From Thermodesulfobacteriota bacterium (lineage in GTDB: Bacteria > Desulfobacterota > QYQD01): 64,000 nucleotides of DNA. The position numbers were made by a program, and so were the translations under genes. Every line of letters starts with the position of its first letter. Positions within the stretch are counted from its first letter, which is position 1. The notes under the pieces were generated by a model. That model saw nothing but the letters and a program-made list of their open reading frames with translations. It searched no databases and was not told the DNA's origin. Below are positions 27,720-38,480 of the stretch, piece after piece. Location: assembly GCA_031082315.1 (NCBI GenBank), contig JAVHLC010000002.1, forward strand, positions 147,362 to 211,361, read 5' to 3'.

Positions 27720-28832
27720 TTGACAGAATATAGAGAGCTTGGGTATGGTACTGCAAATACGCTATGTGGTGCGGATAAAGTGAGGAATAATCCAATCGAA
27801 TCATTGGGACAGCTTTTTATGATCGGCTTCCCGGGAACCGACCTGGACGTGGAGACGCAGGAACTGATCTATAGATACGGCATCGGCAATTTTATCCTCT
27901 TCAGGCGAAATGTGGCTGATCCGCTGCAAGTGGCCAGGCTCTGTCAAGACCTGAAAAAGGCCTGTCGGGATAGAGGGTTGCCCCTACCCCTCATTTCCAT
28001 CGACCAGGAAGGCGGGCCGGTGGCCAGGCTAAAGCCGCCTTTTACCCAGTTTCCCGGGGCGGCAGGCATCGCCAGGGCAGCCGATCCAGCCGCAGAGGCC
28101 CGCCGGTTTGCCGACATAACAGCCAGAGAGTTGAATCTCATCGGCTGTAACATGAATTTTGCCCCGGTCATGGACCTCGACGTGCCGGGGACTGACCGCA
28201 TTATGGAGGGGCGGGTATTCGGAAGTGACCCGGAGTTGGTGGGGCACCTGGGCGGCATTATAATTGAAGGCTTGCAAAAAGAAGGCATTCTGGCCACAGC
28301 CAAGCACTTTCCGGGCATAGGCGGGGTGAAACTGGACCCGCACCAGGACCTGCCGGTTATGGATACGCCTTTATCCGAACTGGAGAAAAGAGAACTTGTA
28401 CCTTTCCAAAAAGCCATCGTCGCCCGGGTAGCGGCTGTTATGACGGCCCATGTGATTTATCCGGATGTCGATCCCGATCTGCCGGCGACCCTGTCCCGGA
28501 ACTTCCTTATGGACATCCTGCGTTATAAGATGGGATTTGACGGCTTGGTCATTAGTGATGATCTGGAGATGGGAGCTATCGAAAGGCATTTCAGCCTGGA
28601 AGAGTCGGCAACGCTGTCCCTTATGGCCGGAACGGATATAATTCTTATCTGTCATGAAAAAGAAAAGATTGTACGGGCATTTGAAGCGGTAAGGGCATTT
28701 GTAGAGAAGGACAGAGAGGGGCGGATGCGCCTCGAAGAGTCCTTACGGCGTGTGATGGCTGCTAAAGAATGCTACGGTATAACAAAGAACGAATTTAACA
28801 AAGCAGCCATTAAGGAATATTTTAAACGATAG
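27720..28832 (+). CDS. nagZ: Beta-N-acetylhexosaminidase NagZ (GH3)
   Basis: GQLFMIGFPGTDLD...ILFRRN..., KHFPGIGG, ISDDLEMGA motifs of GH3 NagZ; exact start uncertain. Confidence 0.75.
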   Translation: MTEYRELGYGTANTLCGADKVRNNPIESLGQLFMIGFPGTDLDVETQELIYRYGIGNFILFRRNVADPLQVARLCQDLKKACRDRGLPLPLISIDQEGGPVARLKPPFTQFPGAAGIARAADPAAEARRFADITARELNLIGCNMNFAPVMDLDVPGTDRIMEGRVFGSDPELVGHLGGIIIEGLQKEGILATAKHFPGIGGVKLDPHQDLPVMDTPLSELEKRELVPFQKAIVARVAAVMTAHVIYPDVDPDLPATLSRNFLMDILRYKMGFDGLVISDDLEMGAIERHFSLEESATLSLMAGTDIILICHEKEKIVRAFEAVRAFVEKDREGRMRLEESLRRVMAAKECYGITKNEFNKAAIKEYFKR

Positions 28833-28877
28833 TGAATGTCACTTGTCAATGGTCATTTGTCACTAATAAAAATGGGC

Positions 28878-29058
28878 AATCAGCGTTCAGCATAAAGCCG
28901 GTCCACCGTTCACTGTTGACCGTTAACCGAAAGAAAATGTCGGACAACGGCTAACGGTTAACGGATAACAAACACGCTGATGGCTGAAAGCGTGAAGCCG
29001 GCCTTGGGCCGACCGTAGGCCGGGAACGGTAGTTTCCGGATGAACACTAACTATAAGA
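28878..29058. repeat. ~180-bp palindromic intergenic repeat element; second copy at 60648-60850
   Basis: Shared blocks AAGCCGGTCCACCGTTCACTGTTGACCGTT...CGAAAGAAAATGTCG.ACAACGG.TAACGGATAACAAACA.GCTGA...GGTAGTTT.CGGATGAACACTAA; contains internal inverted repeats. Confidence 0.55.
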
Positions 29059-29078
29059 TTATAGAAGGGATTTTACCT

Positions 29079-31754
29079 ATGAAACCTTATCACAAACGCA
29101 TTATAACCTCCTTACTATCCTTAATTCTACTGTCCTTTATTTTTATAACCATCCCGGTCATCCAGGCTGAAGAGGCCTTTCCCAACCCTTATCGCTTTCA
29201 GCTTGATAACGGCCTTACAGTAATCATCAAAGAAAACCATGCCGCCCCGGTCGCGGCCATTCAGGTCTGGGTGAAGGCCGGAAGTGTTTACGAGACGGAT
29301 AACGAGGCCGGCATTACCCACTTCATAGAGCACATGATCTTTAAAGGAACGGCCAAGCGCGAGCCCGGAGAGATAGCCAGGGCGATTGAGGCGGTGGGCG
29401 GGGATATAAATGCCTACACCTCTCTGGATTACACCGTCTATCACGTAGCTATAGGCAGTAAATTTTTCGATGTAGGACTGGACATACTTTCTGATGCCGT
29501 CCTTCACTCATCATTTGACCAGTTAGAGATCGAACGGGAAAAAATGGTGGTCCTGGAAGAAATCCGCATGCGCCAGGACCAGCCTTCCGTAAAACTCTTT
29601 GAAGCGGTTATGGCAAAGGCGTACACGGTTTCTCCATACCGGAGGCCGGTAATCGGTTTTCCCAAAACCGTCCAGCCCCTCACAAGAGACTCTATTCTGG
29701 CCTATATGAAAAAGCGCTACACGCCTTCTAACCTCACGGTAGTCGTGGTGGGGGACCTAGAGACCGCTGATTGTATCTCACGGATTAAACGGGCATTTTC
29801 CGGCATGAAAGGCGCAGCCCCTGAATCCGTTTCCCTTGAGGAACCGCCGCAGAATGAAGTGCGCACGGTCTTGCTTGAGGATGAGATCAACGAGTCGCAC
29901 CTTAATATGTGTTTCCCTATACCCGGTTTTAATGACCCTGATAGTGTGGCCCTGGATGTGCTGGCGAGCATCCTCGGAGAGGGTGAAAGTTCCCGGCTCT
30001 ACCGGGAGCTGAGAGACCAAAAGACACTGGTACACGACATAGGCGCCTACGCCTTTACGCCCATGGGTCCCGGCCTGTTCGAAGTCGCCTGTAGTCTGGA
30101 TGCGGAAAAGAGTAAGCAGGCAGCCGAAGCCGCATTACGTGAAATTTATCGCCTTCGGTATGACCACGTTACAGAGGACGAACTCAATAAGGCCAAGCTG
30201 AATATAGAGTCAGGTTTTATTTATGCCCAGGAAAGGGTACAGGGGCAGGCCCGCAAACTCGGGTATTTTGAGACCATGGCCGGTGACTATCGTGAACAGG
30301 CGAGTTATCTAAAGAAGGTGGCAGCCGTCACACCTGAAGATATACGGCGGGTAGCGGCGAAATATCTCCATCCGGAACGCCTTACCTTAGGACTCCTGGT
30401 TCCAAAGGAGGCGACGATGCCTTTTTCTATGGAAGAGGCAGCCCACCTATCCCGTGCGGCAGATGAAGAGGCAAAAAAATTATACGCCAGCCGGAAGGTG
30501 GAGATATCCGGGGCACAGAAATTCATCCTTTCAAACGGCATCACCCTCCTGGTGAAGGAAGAGCGAAACGTGCCTACGGTCTCCATGCACGCCGTTTTCC
30601 TGGGCGGACTGCGATATGAAACTGCGGCCGATAATGGCCTGTTTAATGCCCTGGCTCAGTTATGGACAAAAGGAACGAAGCGAAGAGGCGCCCAGGAGAT
30701 AGCCGCCGAGATTGAAGGCATGGCCGGTAGCATCAATGGCTTCTCGGGTAAGAATACCTTCGGACTGAGCGCTACCTTTCTATCCCGTTTCTTTTCCCGT
30801 GGGCTTGATATCCTGACCGAGGTCATGCTTGAGCCGGACTTTAGCCCGAAGGAGCTGGAAAAAGTGCGTCCGGTGTTGCTGGCGCAACTAAAACAGCAGG
30901 AAGACAGTCTCCCGGCTATTACCTTTCTCAACTTCAACAAGCTGCTTTTTACCGGTTATCCGTACAGTATGAATCCCCTCGGAAGCCCGGAGACTATTAA
31001 GAAGCTCTCAACAAAAAAAATTAAAGAGGGCTACCAGCGCTATGTCATCCCCGGTAATCTTGTCCTGGCGATAGTGGGTGACGTAGAGGCATCCAGTGTA
31101 AAGTCAGAGGTAGAAAGGCTGCTTTCCCGTTGGAAGAACCCGGGCTTTAGGGATGTCAGGATTGCGCTTCCCAGGCCTGTCGCGAGTCCCAAAACTGCCT
31201 CCATTTTAAAGTCCAAACAGCAGGTGCATATCGCCATCGGCTTTCGGGGTGTTACCCTTTCTCATCCGGATAGGGCCGCCCTGGATGTCTTGAATAACGT
31301 ACTTTCCGGGCAGGGCGGGCGTCTCTTTGCCAGGCTTCGGGATAAGGAAAGCCTGGCCTATAGCCTCTCGGCCTTTTCTACGGAAGGGATAGAAACGGGC
31401 GCCTTCGGCGTATATATAGCGACAAGCCCGGAAAAGAAAGATGCGGCTGTTAACAGTATGTGGCGGGAGCTGAACCGGGTGCGGGATGAGATAATCGACC
31501 CGGCGGAACTGGACCGGGCCAAGCGGTATATAATCGGAAGTACGGAGATCGGCCTCCAGACCAACGCCGCCCAGGCCATGGACATGGCCCTAAACGAACG
31601 CTACAGACTCGGTTTTGATTTTACAAAAACCTATCTGGACCAAATAGAAAAAATTACCGTTGACAACGTGTTGAGAGTGGCCAGAACATACATTCAACCC
31701 GAAAAATACGTGGTTGTCGCGGTGGGCCCGAATAGTGCAGAACAAAGGCATTGA
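29079..31754 (+). CDS. M16-family zinc peptidase (pitrilysin-like; two tandem M16 units)
   Basis: HFIEHMIFKGT (inverted zincin HxxEH) and a second, probably inactive M16 unit. Start set to the ATG at 29079 (MKPYHK, RBS AGAAGGGA); the listed start at 29040 lies inside the upstream repeat element. Confidence 0.8.
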   Translation: MKPYHKRIITSLLSLILLSFIFITIPVIQAEEAFPNPYRFQLDNGLTVIIKENHAAPVAAIQVWVKAGSVYETDNEAGITHFIEHMIFKGTAKREPGEIARAIEAVGGDINAYTSLDYTVYHVAIGSKFFDVGLDILSDAVLHSSFDQLEIEREKMVVLEEIRMRQDQPSVKLFEAVMAKAYTVSPYRRPVIGFPKTVQPLTRDSILAYMKKRYTPSNLTVVVVGDLETADCISRIKRAFSGMKGAAPESVSLEEPPQNEVRTVLLEDEINESHLNMCFPIPGFNDPDSVALDVLASILGEGESSRLYRELRDQKTLVHDIGAYAFTPMGPGLFEVACSLDAEKSKQAAEAALREIYRLRYDHVTEDELNKAKLNIESGFIYAQERVQGQARKLGYFETMAGDYREQASYLKKVAAVTPEDIRRVAAKYLHPERLTLGLLVPKEATMPFSMEEAAHLSRAADEEAKKLYASRKVEISGAQKFILSNGITLLVKEERNVPTVSMHAVFLGGLRYETAADNGLFNALAQLWTKGTKRRGAQEIAAEIEGMAGSINGFSGKNTFGLSATFLSRFFSRGLDILTEVMLEPDFSPKELEKVRPVLLAQLKQQEDSLPAITFLNFNKLLFTGYPYSMNPLGSPETIKKLSTKKIKEGYQRYVIPGNLVLAIVGDVEASSVKSEVERLLSRWKNPGFRDVRIALPRPVASPKTASILKSKQQVHIAIGFRGVTLSHPDRAALDVLNNVLSGQGGRLFARLRDKESLAYSLSAFSTEGIETGAFGVYIATSPEKKDAAVNSMWRELNRVRDEIIDPAELDRAKRYIIGSTEIGLQTNAAQAMDMALNERYRLGFDFTKTYLDQIEKITVDNVLRVARTYIQPEKYVVVAVGPNSAEQRH

Positions 31755-31793
31755 CGGAGCGGCCTAACTTTGTTATAAACATTTTTTATCTAT

Positions 31794-31869
31794 TCCCCGG
31801 TAGCTCAGCAGGTAGAGCGAGTGGCTGTTAACCACTTGGTCGCTGGTTCGAATCCGGCCCGGGGAGCCA
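31794..31869 (+). tRNA. tRNA-Asn (anticodon GTT)
   Basis: 76 nt cloverleaf folded by hand: acceptor TCCCCGG/CCGGGGA, D-arm GCTC...GAGC, anticodon stem AGTGG/CCACT with loop CTGTTAA, T-arm GCTGG TTCGAAT CCGGC, discriminator G, encoded CCA. Confidence 0.9.
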
Positions 31870-31877
31870 AAAGATAA

Positions 31878-31914
31878 AAAGGCTCGATTGCATAATCGGG
31901 CCTTTTTTGTTTTT
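31878..31914 (+). terminator. Intrinsic terminator after tRNA-Asn (GGCTCGATT...AATCGGGCC followed by TTTTTTGTTTTT)
   Basis: Hairpin plus T-run immediately 3' of the tRNA. Confidence 0.6.
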
Positions 31915-31987
31915 AGCAGGCATGGAATATAGCACGTCTTCAGGAAAATCATCTTGATCGGCGCAGGCAAGTGGATGACAAAAGGAT

Positions 31988-33382
31988 TCAGCGCAGCTTC
32001 CCTCTGGCCAGGGAGGCAAATATGCCGGCGAAGCAGAGGGCGGAAAAGATGATAAAGGCGGACTTCACACTTTTCAGAAAAAGCGGATAGCACGGAGGTG
32101 TAATCGGGACCCTTCCGATGTGGGCGGCGAAAAGCAGCATGACGACACCCATGCTGAGCATCTGTCCGGTCATGCGCATGGTAGCGACAATCCCTGACGC
32201 CACGCCATAAAACTTCCTTGAAACGGAACTCATAATGGCATTGGTGTTGGGAGATGAGAAAAGGGCAAAACCCAGGCCCAGGAGGCCCAAATCGGCTACA
32301 ATTAATGCCATGGCCGTTTTTTCGTTTAAAAAAATAAAAAAGGAAAGCCCGATGGCGATCAACGCCATTCCTGTTGAGGCCACCACGCGCGGCTCCATGC
32401 GGTCGGAAAGGCGTCCGGCAACCGGTGAAAAAACAGTCATCACAATGGGCTGGGCTACCATAATAAGCCCGGCATTTTGAGGACTCAGCCCCCTGATATA
32501 CTGGAGGTAAAGGCTCAAAAGGAAGGCTACACCAAAGGTTGCGCTATAGTTAATGAGGGCTGCCAGGTTAGATAAGGCGAAGACCCGGTTAGCCCGGAAA
32601 AGATTTATCTCAAGAAGAGGACTCCCTGCCTTCGTCTCCCACTTAAGAAATGTAATGGCCCCAAAGAGACCCATCCCGATAAGCGCCGCACCGGAGGCGG
32701 AAGACTGGGAAAACCCATACATTACGGCCATAAGTGAAAGACCATAGATTATAGAGCCTATAATATCTAATTTTTCTCCTCTGGCCTCGGCCCATTCTCC
32801 CTTTATTTTCCCGATAACAAGAAGAATTACAAGCAGGCCCAGGGGTATATTAGCCAGGAAGATGGCCCTCCAGCCAAAGTGCTCGGTTATGGCCCCGCCA
32901 ATAAAAGGCCCGAGAGAGAGGCCTAAATAAACAGCGGCAACGTTTATGCCCAGCGCCCTTCCCCTTTCCCCCGCCGGAAACACCGAGGTAAGTATGGCCA
33001 CTCCCGTGCCAAATATCATGGAACTCCCGATCCCTTGCATGACCCGGGAGGCAATGAGTACCCCGGCAGAGGGCGAAAGTGCGGAGAAAAGACAGGAAAG
33101 GGTATAGATCGAGATGCCGGACAAAAAGACCCTTTTTCTCCCGTAGATGTCGGCCACTCTTCCAAAAGGGACCAGAAACATTGCGGCAGATAGAAGAAAA
33201 GAGGTGGAAATCCAACTCAACAGGACGGCATCCATGTGAAATTCTTTGCCGATGGAGGGAAGGGCGATATTGACCGAAGAGCCTATAAAGGGTGTAAGAA
33301 ACGAGGCCAGGGTGGCCACAAGTAAGACACAACCCTTACTTGTGGCGTTATGTTCATCCTTGCAGACATCCCCGATTCCCAC
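31988..33382 (-). CDS. MFS transporter (DHA2/EmrB-like drug:H+ antiporter family, 14-TM type)
   Basis: 464 aa; MFS motif GRVADIYGRKRVFLSG; many TM segments. Confidence 0.8.
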   Translation of the reverse strand: MGIGDVCKDEHNATSKGCVLLVATLASFLTPFIGSSVNIALPSIGKEFHMDAVLLSWISTSFLLSAAMFLVPFGRVADIYGRKRVFLSGISIYTLSCLFSALSPSAGVLIASRVMQGIGSSMIFGTGVAILTSVFPAGERGRALGINVAAVYLGLSLGPFIGGAITEHFGWRAIFLANIPLGLLVILLVIGKIKGEWAEARGEKLDIIGSIIYGLSLMAVMYGFSQSSASGAALIGMGLFGAITFLKWETKAGSPLLEINLFRANRVFALSNLAALINYSATFGVAFLLSLYLQYIRGLSPQNAGLIMVAQPIVMTVFSPVAGRLSDRMEPRVVASTGMALIAIGLSFFIFLNEKTAMALIVADLGLLGLGFALFSSPNTNAIMSSVSRKFYGVASGIVATMRMTGQMLSMGVVMLLFAAHIGRVPITPPCYPLFLKSVKSAFIIFSALCFAGIFASLARGKLR

Positions 33383-33659
33383 TTTTTACCCCTCAACCAC
33401 AGAGCACACAGAGTTTTTAAAATTTAAAATTCTTTTTCTCTGTGCCCTCTGTGGTTATTTTTTATTGTCTCTTGTACCATAATCACAGACAGGCGGTCAA
33501 TTAGTGTTAATTTTGTCGGTTTTTTACGAAAGCATCAAAAATGCCCGGGGTAAATAGACAACTTAATAGAAAGGTTAGAAACTTGTATGTATTTAATGTT
33601 ATAATGAAATAATATGAATCCTGGTGGAAATCAGGTCATGATTTCCTTGTGGCGAAAGA

Positions 33660-35408
33660 ATGAAAGGGATAGATAAAATCAAATCAGGCTCGGATGCGCA
33701 GAATGCCGCGCCTCATCTGCAACAACCGGTCGGGAAGGCGATGAAAGGGCCGGCTATTGCCGTTCGCTTTTTGATTATTGTAATCGGCTCCATACTCGTA
33801 GCCGAGACATTGGTGATGTTCTTTCTCGCCCTCCTGCCGCCTTTATCCCCGAATCTGGTTGCTTTTCTGGATGCCATTTTGTTGGCCGTTGTGACCTTTC
33901 CGGTGCTTTACCTGGCCCTGTTCCGGCCGCTCGTCCGCCAAATCACGGAGACGCAGCGGGTCGAGGGGCGACTCCGCAAGGCCCATGAGCTTAGCGAGGC
34001 TATTATTAAGACCATCCCTTTTGGGATGGATGTCGTGGATGAAGAGGGCCGTATAGTTTACTTAAGCGAGAAACTGAAGGCGGTCCTGGGTAACGATGCG
34101 ATTGGCAAGACGTGCCCTGCTGTCTATAGAGAGGGCGGGGAAACGTGTGAGGATTGTCCGGTGAAACAAGGTATCCACGTAGGAGAAACCCGCTCGGTTG
34201 AGGTCGAAGGGATACTGGGTGGAAGGACCTTTCTGATAACCTATACCGGGATGATGCAGGATAATAAGAAGGTATTTTTGAGGGTTTTCGAAGACATCAC
34301 CGAGCGCCGGCGGGCCGAGGATGAACTGCGGGAGAGCGAAGAAAAGTACGCTACGCTGGTCGAAAATTCCTTAACGGGCATATATATCGACCAGGACGGG
34401 AAGATTGTATTTGCCAACCACCGGTTTGCCGAGATATATCGGTATCCGAGAGAGGCGCTGCTAGAAATAGAGAGCTGGAGGCTGGTCCATCCTGAGGACA
34501 GGCCCTTGATCAATCAAATAAGACTAAAGAGGCTGGCTGGAGAAGAAGCGCCCCCGGAATATGAGGCCAGGGGCCTGACAAAGGATGGAGAGACCATTTG
34601 GATCAATCGGAGAAACACCCGCATAGAGTATAAGGGAAGGCCGGCTATATTGGGCAATATTGTGGATATTACCGAACAAAAGCGAGCAGAAGAACAACTC
34701 CGCAAGATAAATGAAGAGCTTAAGAACTTTATCCATATGGTTTCCCATGACCTGAAAACCCCCATAATTTCCATTCAGGGATTTGCTGCCCGGCTGCTCA
34801 AGAACTATCAGGAAAAATTAGGGGACAAGGGCCGGAATTATCTTGAGCGGATCAAGTCCAGCGCCTGCCGGATGGAGATGTTGATCTCCGACCTCCTGGC
34901 CTTGTCAAAAATTGGCCGGGTGGCCTCTAGATTTGAGGATGTCTCCGCCCTGGATATTGTAACAGAGGTTATCTCAAACCTTCAATACAGAATGAGGGAA
35001 AAGGGGATAGAAGTCGTGGTCCCTCCCGGCCTTCCCGTTATCAACGCTGATCAGGCCAAGCTCTATCAGGTCTTTGAAAACCTGCTGGCTAATGCTACTA
35101 AGTACATGGGTAACACTAAGAACCCCAGAATCGACATCGGATACGAAGACAGAGGTGATTTTCATCGATTTTATGTAAGGGATAACGGCAGCGGGATTGA
35201 TCCTCAATATCACCGGAAGATATTTGAGATGTTCTACCGGTTAAAAGAGACAAAGGCCGAGGACGGAACCGGGTTGGGACTGGCCATCGTTGACAGGATT
35301 GTGCGTGCCCACGGTGGAAGGGTATGGGTGGAGTCTGAAAAAGGCAAGGGGGCCTCTTTCTATTTTGACTTGCCTAAAAAGAAAACGGGGTCTGCCCTAT
35401 CCAGTTAA
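33660..35408 (+). CDS. Sensor histidine kinase (membrane anchor, PAS domains, HisKA + HATPase_c)
   Basis: HisKA H-box MVSHDLKTP; HATPase N/G boxes (NLLANATKY, GTGLGLAIV); PAS segments; Cys cluster CPAVYREGGETCEDCPV. Confidence 0.8.
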   Translation: MKGIDKIKSGSDAQNAAPHLQQPVGKAMKGPAIAVRFLIIVIGSILVAETLVMFFLALLPPLSPNLVAFLDAILLAVVTFPVLYLALFRPLVRQITETQRVEGRLRKAHELSEAIIKTIPFGMDVVDEEGRIVYLSEKLKAVLGNDAIGKTCPAVYREGGETCEDCPVKQGIHVGETRSVEVEGILGGRTFLITYTGMMQDNKKVFLRVFEDITERRRAEDELRESEEKYATLVENSLTGIYIDQDGKIVFANHRFAEIYRYPREALLEIESWRLVHPEDRPLINQIRLKRLAGEEAPPEYEARGLTKDGETIWINRRNTRIEYKGRPAILGNIVDITEQKRAEEQLRKINEELKNFIHMVSHDLKTPIISIQGFAARLLKNYQEKLGDKGRNYLERIKSSACRMEMLISDLLALSKIGRVASRFEDVSALDIVTEVISNLQYRMREKGIEVVVPPGLPVINADQAKLYQVFENLLANATKYMGNTKNPRIDIGYEDRGDFHRFYVRDNGSGIDPQYHRKIFEMFYRLKETKAEDGTGLGLAIVDRIVRAHGGRVWVESEKGKGASFYFDLPKKKTGSALSS

Positions 35409-35471
35409 TTGTCACAATAAATCCCCTTGACCATTCTTTTGGCTTCGTGCTATTTTCCCTGAAATTTCAGG

Positions 35472-36488
35472 ATGATATGCTTAACCCCGGACCTGGGGGC
35501 TAATGCCATGGGAGACATTATTATGCCCTATGCCGTAGGCGTGGATATTGGCGGGACCCATTTTCGTCTGGCTGTAGTTGATGAAACCGGACAATATGGT
35601 ATTATTAAAAAATTTGCGTCTGAAAGTCACCTGGGGCCGCATACACTTATTGACCGGATAGTATCAGCCGTCTCCGGGGTAATCGAGGAGGCGCCGGAAC
35701 CGGTTGCCGGTATCGGAGTAGGTATAGCCGGCGCTGTAGATCATATAAAAGGTGTAGTCCGTTTCTCACCTAATTTGCCGGGTTGGGACTATATCCCGTT
35801 GGCCGAAATAATGGAGGACCGGCTGGGGCGGTCTGTTCTGGTGGATAACGATGCCGATCTTATCGCCTTTGGAGAAAAGTGGCGGGGCACCGGCCGTGGA
35901 TACGAAAATTTTTTGTGTATAACACTGGGCACCGGCGTAGGAGGAGGACTAATACTCCGCAATGAGATATGGCACGGGTGCGGCACGGCCGGAGAGATAG
36001 GGCATGTGACTATCGACCGGCATGGAGCCCGGTGTAACTGCGGTAATTATGGCTGCCTGGAGACTGTGGCCTCGGCTACCGGCCTCATCCGCATGGCACG
36101 CGAGGGTCTTGGAAAAGGGAAAAAGGGCTTGTTAGCGCAAAGGATGGCTTCTGATCCGGACGCGCTTTCCGCCCGTCTCATCGCAGATCTAGCCGGGCAG
36201 GGAGATCCGTGGGCCTTGGAGCTTTTTGCCGAGTTGGGTAAGACCCTTGGTGTGGCCATAGCCAGCGTAATGAATCTGCTCTGCCTCGATGTTATTATTA
36301 TTGGCGGAGGCGTTTCCGATGCCTGGGATCTTTTTATAGGGCCTTTGCGCACGGAGTATGCCCGGCGGGTTATGCCTGGAACAAGGCCGGAGGCGCCTGT
36401 TCTCCCCTGGACATTGAAGGACGCAGCCGGGATTATCGGTGCGGCCGCCGCTGTTTTTAATAAAGAGTCAAAATTGATGAACTCGTAA
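35472..36488 (+). CDS. ROK-family sugar kinase (glucokinase-like)
   Basis: GVDIGGTHFRLAVVD ATP-binding motif; zinc-binding CNCGNYGCLE; start possibly 35508. Confidence 0.75.
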   Translation: MICLTPDLGANAMGDIIMPYAVGVDIGGTHFRLAVVDETGQYGIIKKFASESHLGPHTLIDRIVSAVSGVIEEAPEPVAGIGVGIAGAVDHIKGVVRFSPNLPGWDYIPLAEIMEDRLGRSVLVDNDADLIAFGEKWRGTGRGYENFLCITLGTGVGGGLILRNEIWHGCGTAGEIGHVTIDRHGARCNCGNYGCLETVASATGLIRMAREGLGKGKKGLLAQRMASDPDALSARLIADLAGQGDPWALELFAELGKTLGVAIASVMNLLCLDVIIIGGGVSDAWDLFIGPLRTEYARRVMPGTRPEAPVLPWTLKDAAGIIGAAAAVFNKESKLMNS

Positions 36489-36670
36489 AAAGTTCAAAAT
36501 ATCACGCAAAGCCGCCAAGGACGCAAAAAGAATAAAATTTGGAACTCAGGAACTCATGGAAAAATCTTTTACTCCTGATTTCTTGATTTCCAGATTTTCA
36601 TTTTTCTTCGCGGTCTTTGCGCCTTTGCGTGAGAAACTGACTTTTACCAGTGACTATTGACTAACGGCTA

Positions 36671-38470
36671 ATGACATTTACTATAGATAACATACGCAAC
36701 TTCTGCATTATCGCCCACATCGACCATGGCAAATCCACCTTGGCGGACAGGCTGCTGGAATATACAGGCGCAGTCTCCGCCCGGGAAATGGTTTCTCAGT
36801 TCCTGGACAAGATGGATCTGGAAAGGGAAAGGGGCATAACCATCAAGGCCCAGACAGTGCGTCTGAATTATCAGGCCAAAGACGGGAAGACCTACATGCT
36901 GAACCTGATAGATACACCGGGCCACGTGGACTTTACTTATGAGGTATCCCGTAGCCTCTCAGCCTGTGAGGGGGCCTTATTGGTCGTTGATGCCAGTCAG
37001 GGAGTGGAGGCCCAGACCCTGGCCAATGTCTATCTTGCGCTGGATAACAACTTGGAAATTATACCGGTCTTAAACAAGATTGACCTGCCCAGCGCCGAAC
37101 CGGAAAGAGTTAAAGAGGAAATAGAAAATATAATCGGCCTCGACTGTAAGGACGCCATTCTGGCCAGCGCCAAAGAGGGCATAGGCACCGTCGAGATACT
37201 GGAGGCCATTGTAAAACGCATCCCGCCGCCTGAGGGCGATCCTGCGGCCCCTCTTAAGGCCCTCATCTTTGATTCCTGGTTTGATTCCTACCAAGGCGCA
37301 GTCGTTCTCGTACGGGTGTACGAGGGTACAGTTAAAAAAGGCGATATAATAAAGATCATGGCCACCGATAAGGTCTATGAGGTGGCCAAGGTCGGTATTT
37401 TTATGCCCTACGCCGGAGAGATTCCGGAACTCAAGGCCGGCGAAGTAGGATTCATCATGGCCGGCATCAAGGGGGTGCGTGATACCAAAATCGGTGACAC
37501 CATCACCGGGACCCAGCGGCCGACATCCAGCGCCCTGCCGGGATTCAAGGTAGTAAAACCCATGGTCTTTTGCGGACTCTTTCCAACAGATCCCGGCCAA
37601 TATGACACGCTCCGGGAGGCCATGGAGAAGCTCTGGTTAAACGACTCCTCTTTTAGTTACGAGCCGGAGACCTCATTGGCGCTGGGGTTTGGTTTTCGAT
37701 GCGGCTTTCTCGGACTTTTACACATGGAGATTGTACAGGAAAGGCTGGAACGCGAATACGGCCTTTCTCTGATCAGCACCGCCCCTTCCGTGGTTTATCG
37801 CGTCACAGATAAAAAGGGGCAGGTAAAGATGGTGGACAATCCCAGCAAGTTACCGCCGGCACAGGATATCGAGACCATTGAGGAGCCTTTTATACGGGCG
37901 GATATCTATACCCCGGCTGAATACGTAGGAGGGGTGATCACGCTTTGTGAAGGCAAAAGAGGGATTCAAAAGGATCTCAAGTTTATCACTGAAACCCGGG
38001 TACTACTTTCTTATGAAATCCCCTTTAGCGAGATGGTGCTTGACTTTTACGATCGGCTGAAGTCCGTAACCAGCGGCTATGCCTCTCTCGATTACGCATT
38101 TCTGGATTTCAGGCCGTCACCGCTGGTCAAGCTGGATATCCTTATTAATAAGCTTCCGGTGGATGCCCTTTCTACTATTACCCATAATGACCGGGCCTAC
38201 CACCGTGGCAGGCAGTTAGCCGAGAAGCTGAAAGAGGTTATTCCGCGCCAGATGTTTGAGGTCATCATCCAGGCCGCTATAGGCAGCCAAGTCATTGCCC
38301 GCGAACGCGTCGTGCCTCTGCGCAAAAATGTTACGGCCAAGTGCTACGGCGGCGACATAACCCGAAAGAGAAAGTTGCTCGAAAAACAAAAAGAAGGTAA
38401 AAAGAGGATGAAACAGGTCGGCCAGGTGGAAATTCCGCAGGAGGCGTTTCTGTCTGTGTTGAAGGTGTAG
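36671..38470 (+). CDS. lepA: Elongation factor 4 (LepA)
   Basis: [30 protein letters not shown]; 599 aa; upstream of lepB as in most bacteria. Confidence 0.9.
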   Translation: MTFTIDNIRNFCIIAHIDHGKSTLADRLLEYTGAVSAREMVSQFLDKMDLERERGITIKAQTVRLNYQAKDGKTYMLNLIDTPGHVDFTYEVSRSLSACEGALLVVDASQGVEAQTLANVYLALDNNLEIIPVLNKIDLPSAEPERVKEEIENIIGLDCKDAILASAKEGIGTVEILEAIVKRIPPPEGDPAAPLKALIFDSWFDSYQGAVVLVRVYEGTVKKGDIIKIMATDKVYEVAKVGIFMPYAGEIPELKAGEVGFIMAGIKGVRDTKIGDTITGTQRPTSSALPGFKVVKPMVFCGLFPTDPGQYDTLREAMEKLWLNDSSFSYEPETSLALGFGFRCGFLGLLHMEIVQERLEREYGLSLISTAPSVVYRVTDKKGQVKMVDNPSKLPPAQDIETIEEPFIRADIYTPAEYVGGVITLCEGKRGIQKDLKFITETRVLLSYEIPFSEMVLDFYDRLKSVTSGYASLDYAFLDFRPSPLVKLDILINKLPVDALSTITHNDRAYHRGRQLAEKLKEVIPRQMFEVIIQAAIGSQVIARERVVPLRKNVTAKCYGGDITRKRKLLEKQKEGKKRMKQVGQVEIPQEAFLSVLKV

Positions 38471-38480
38471 AATAGAAAAG

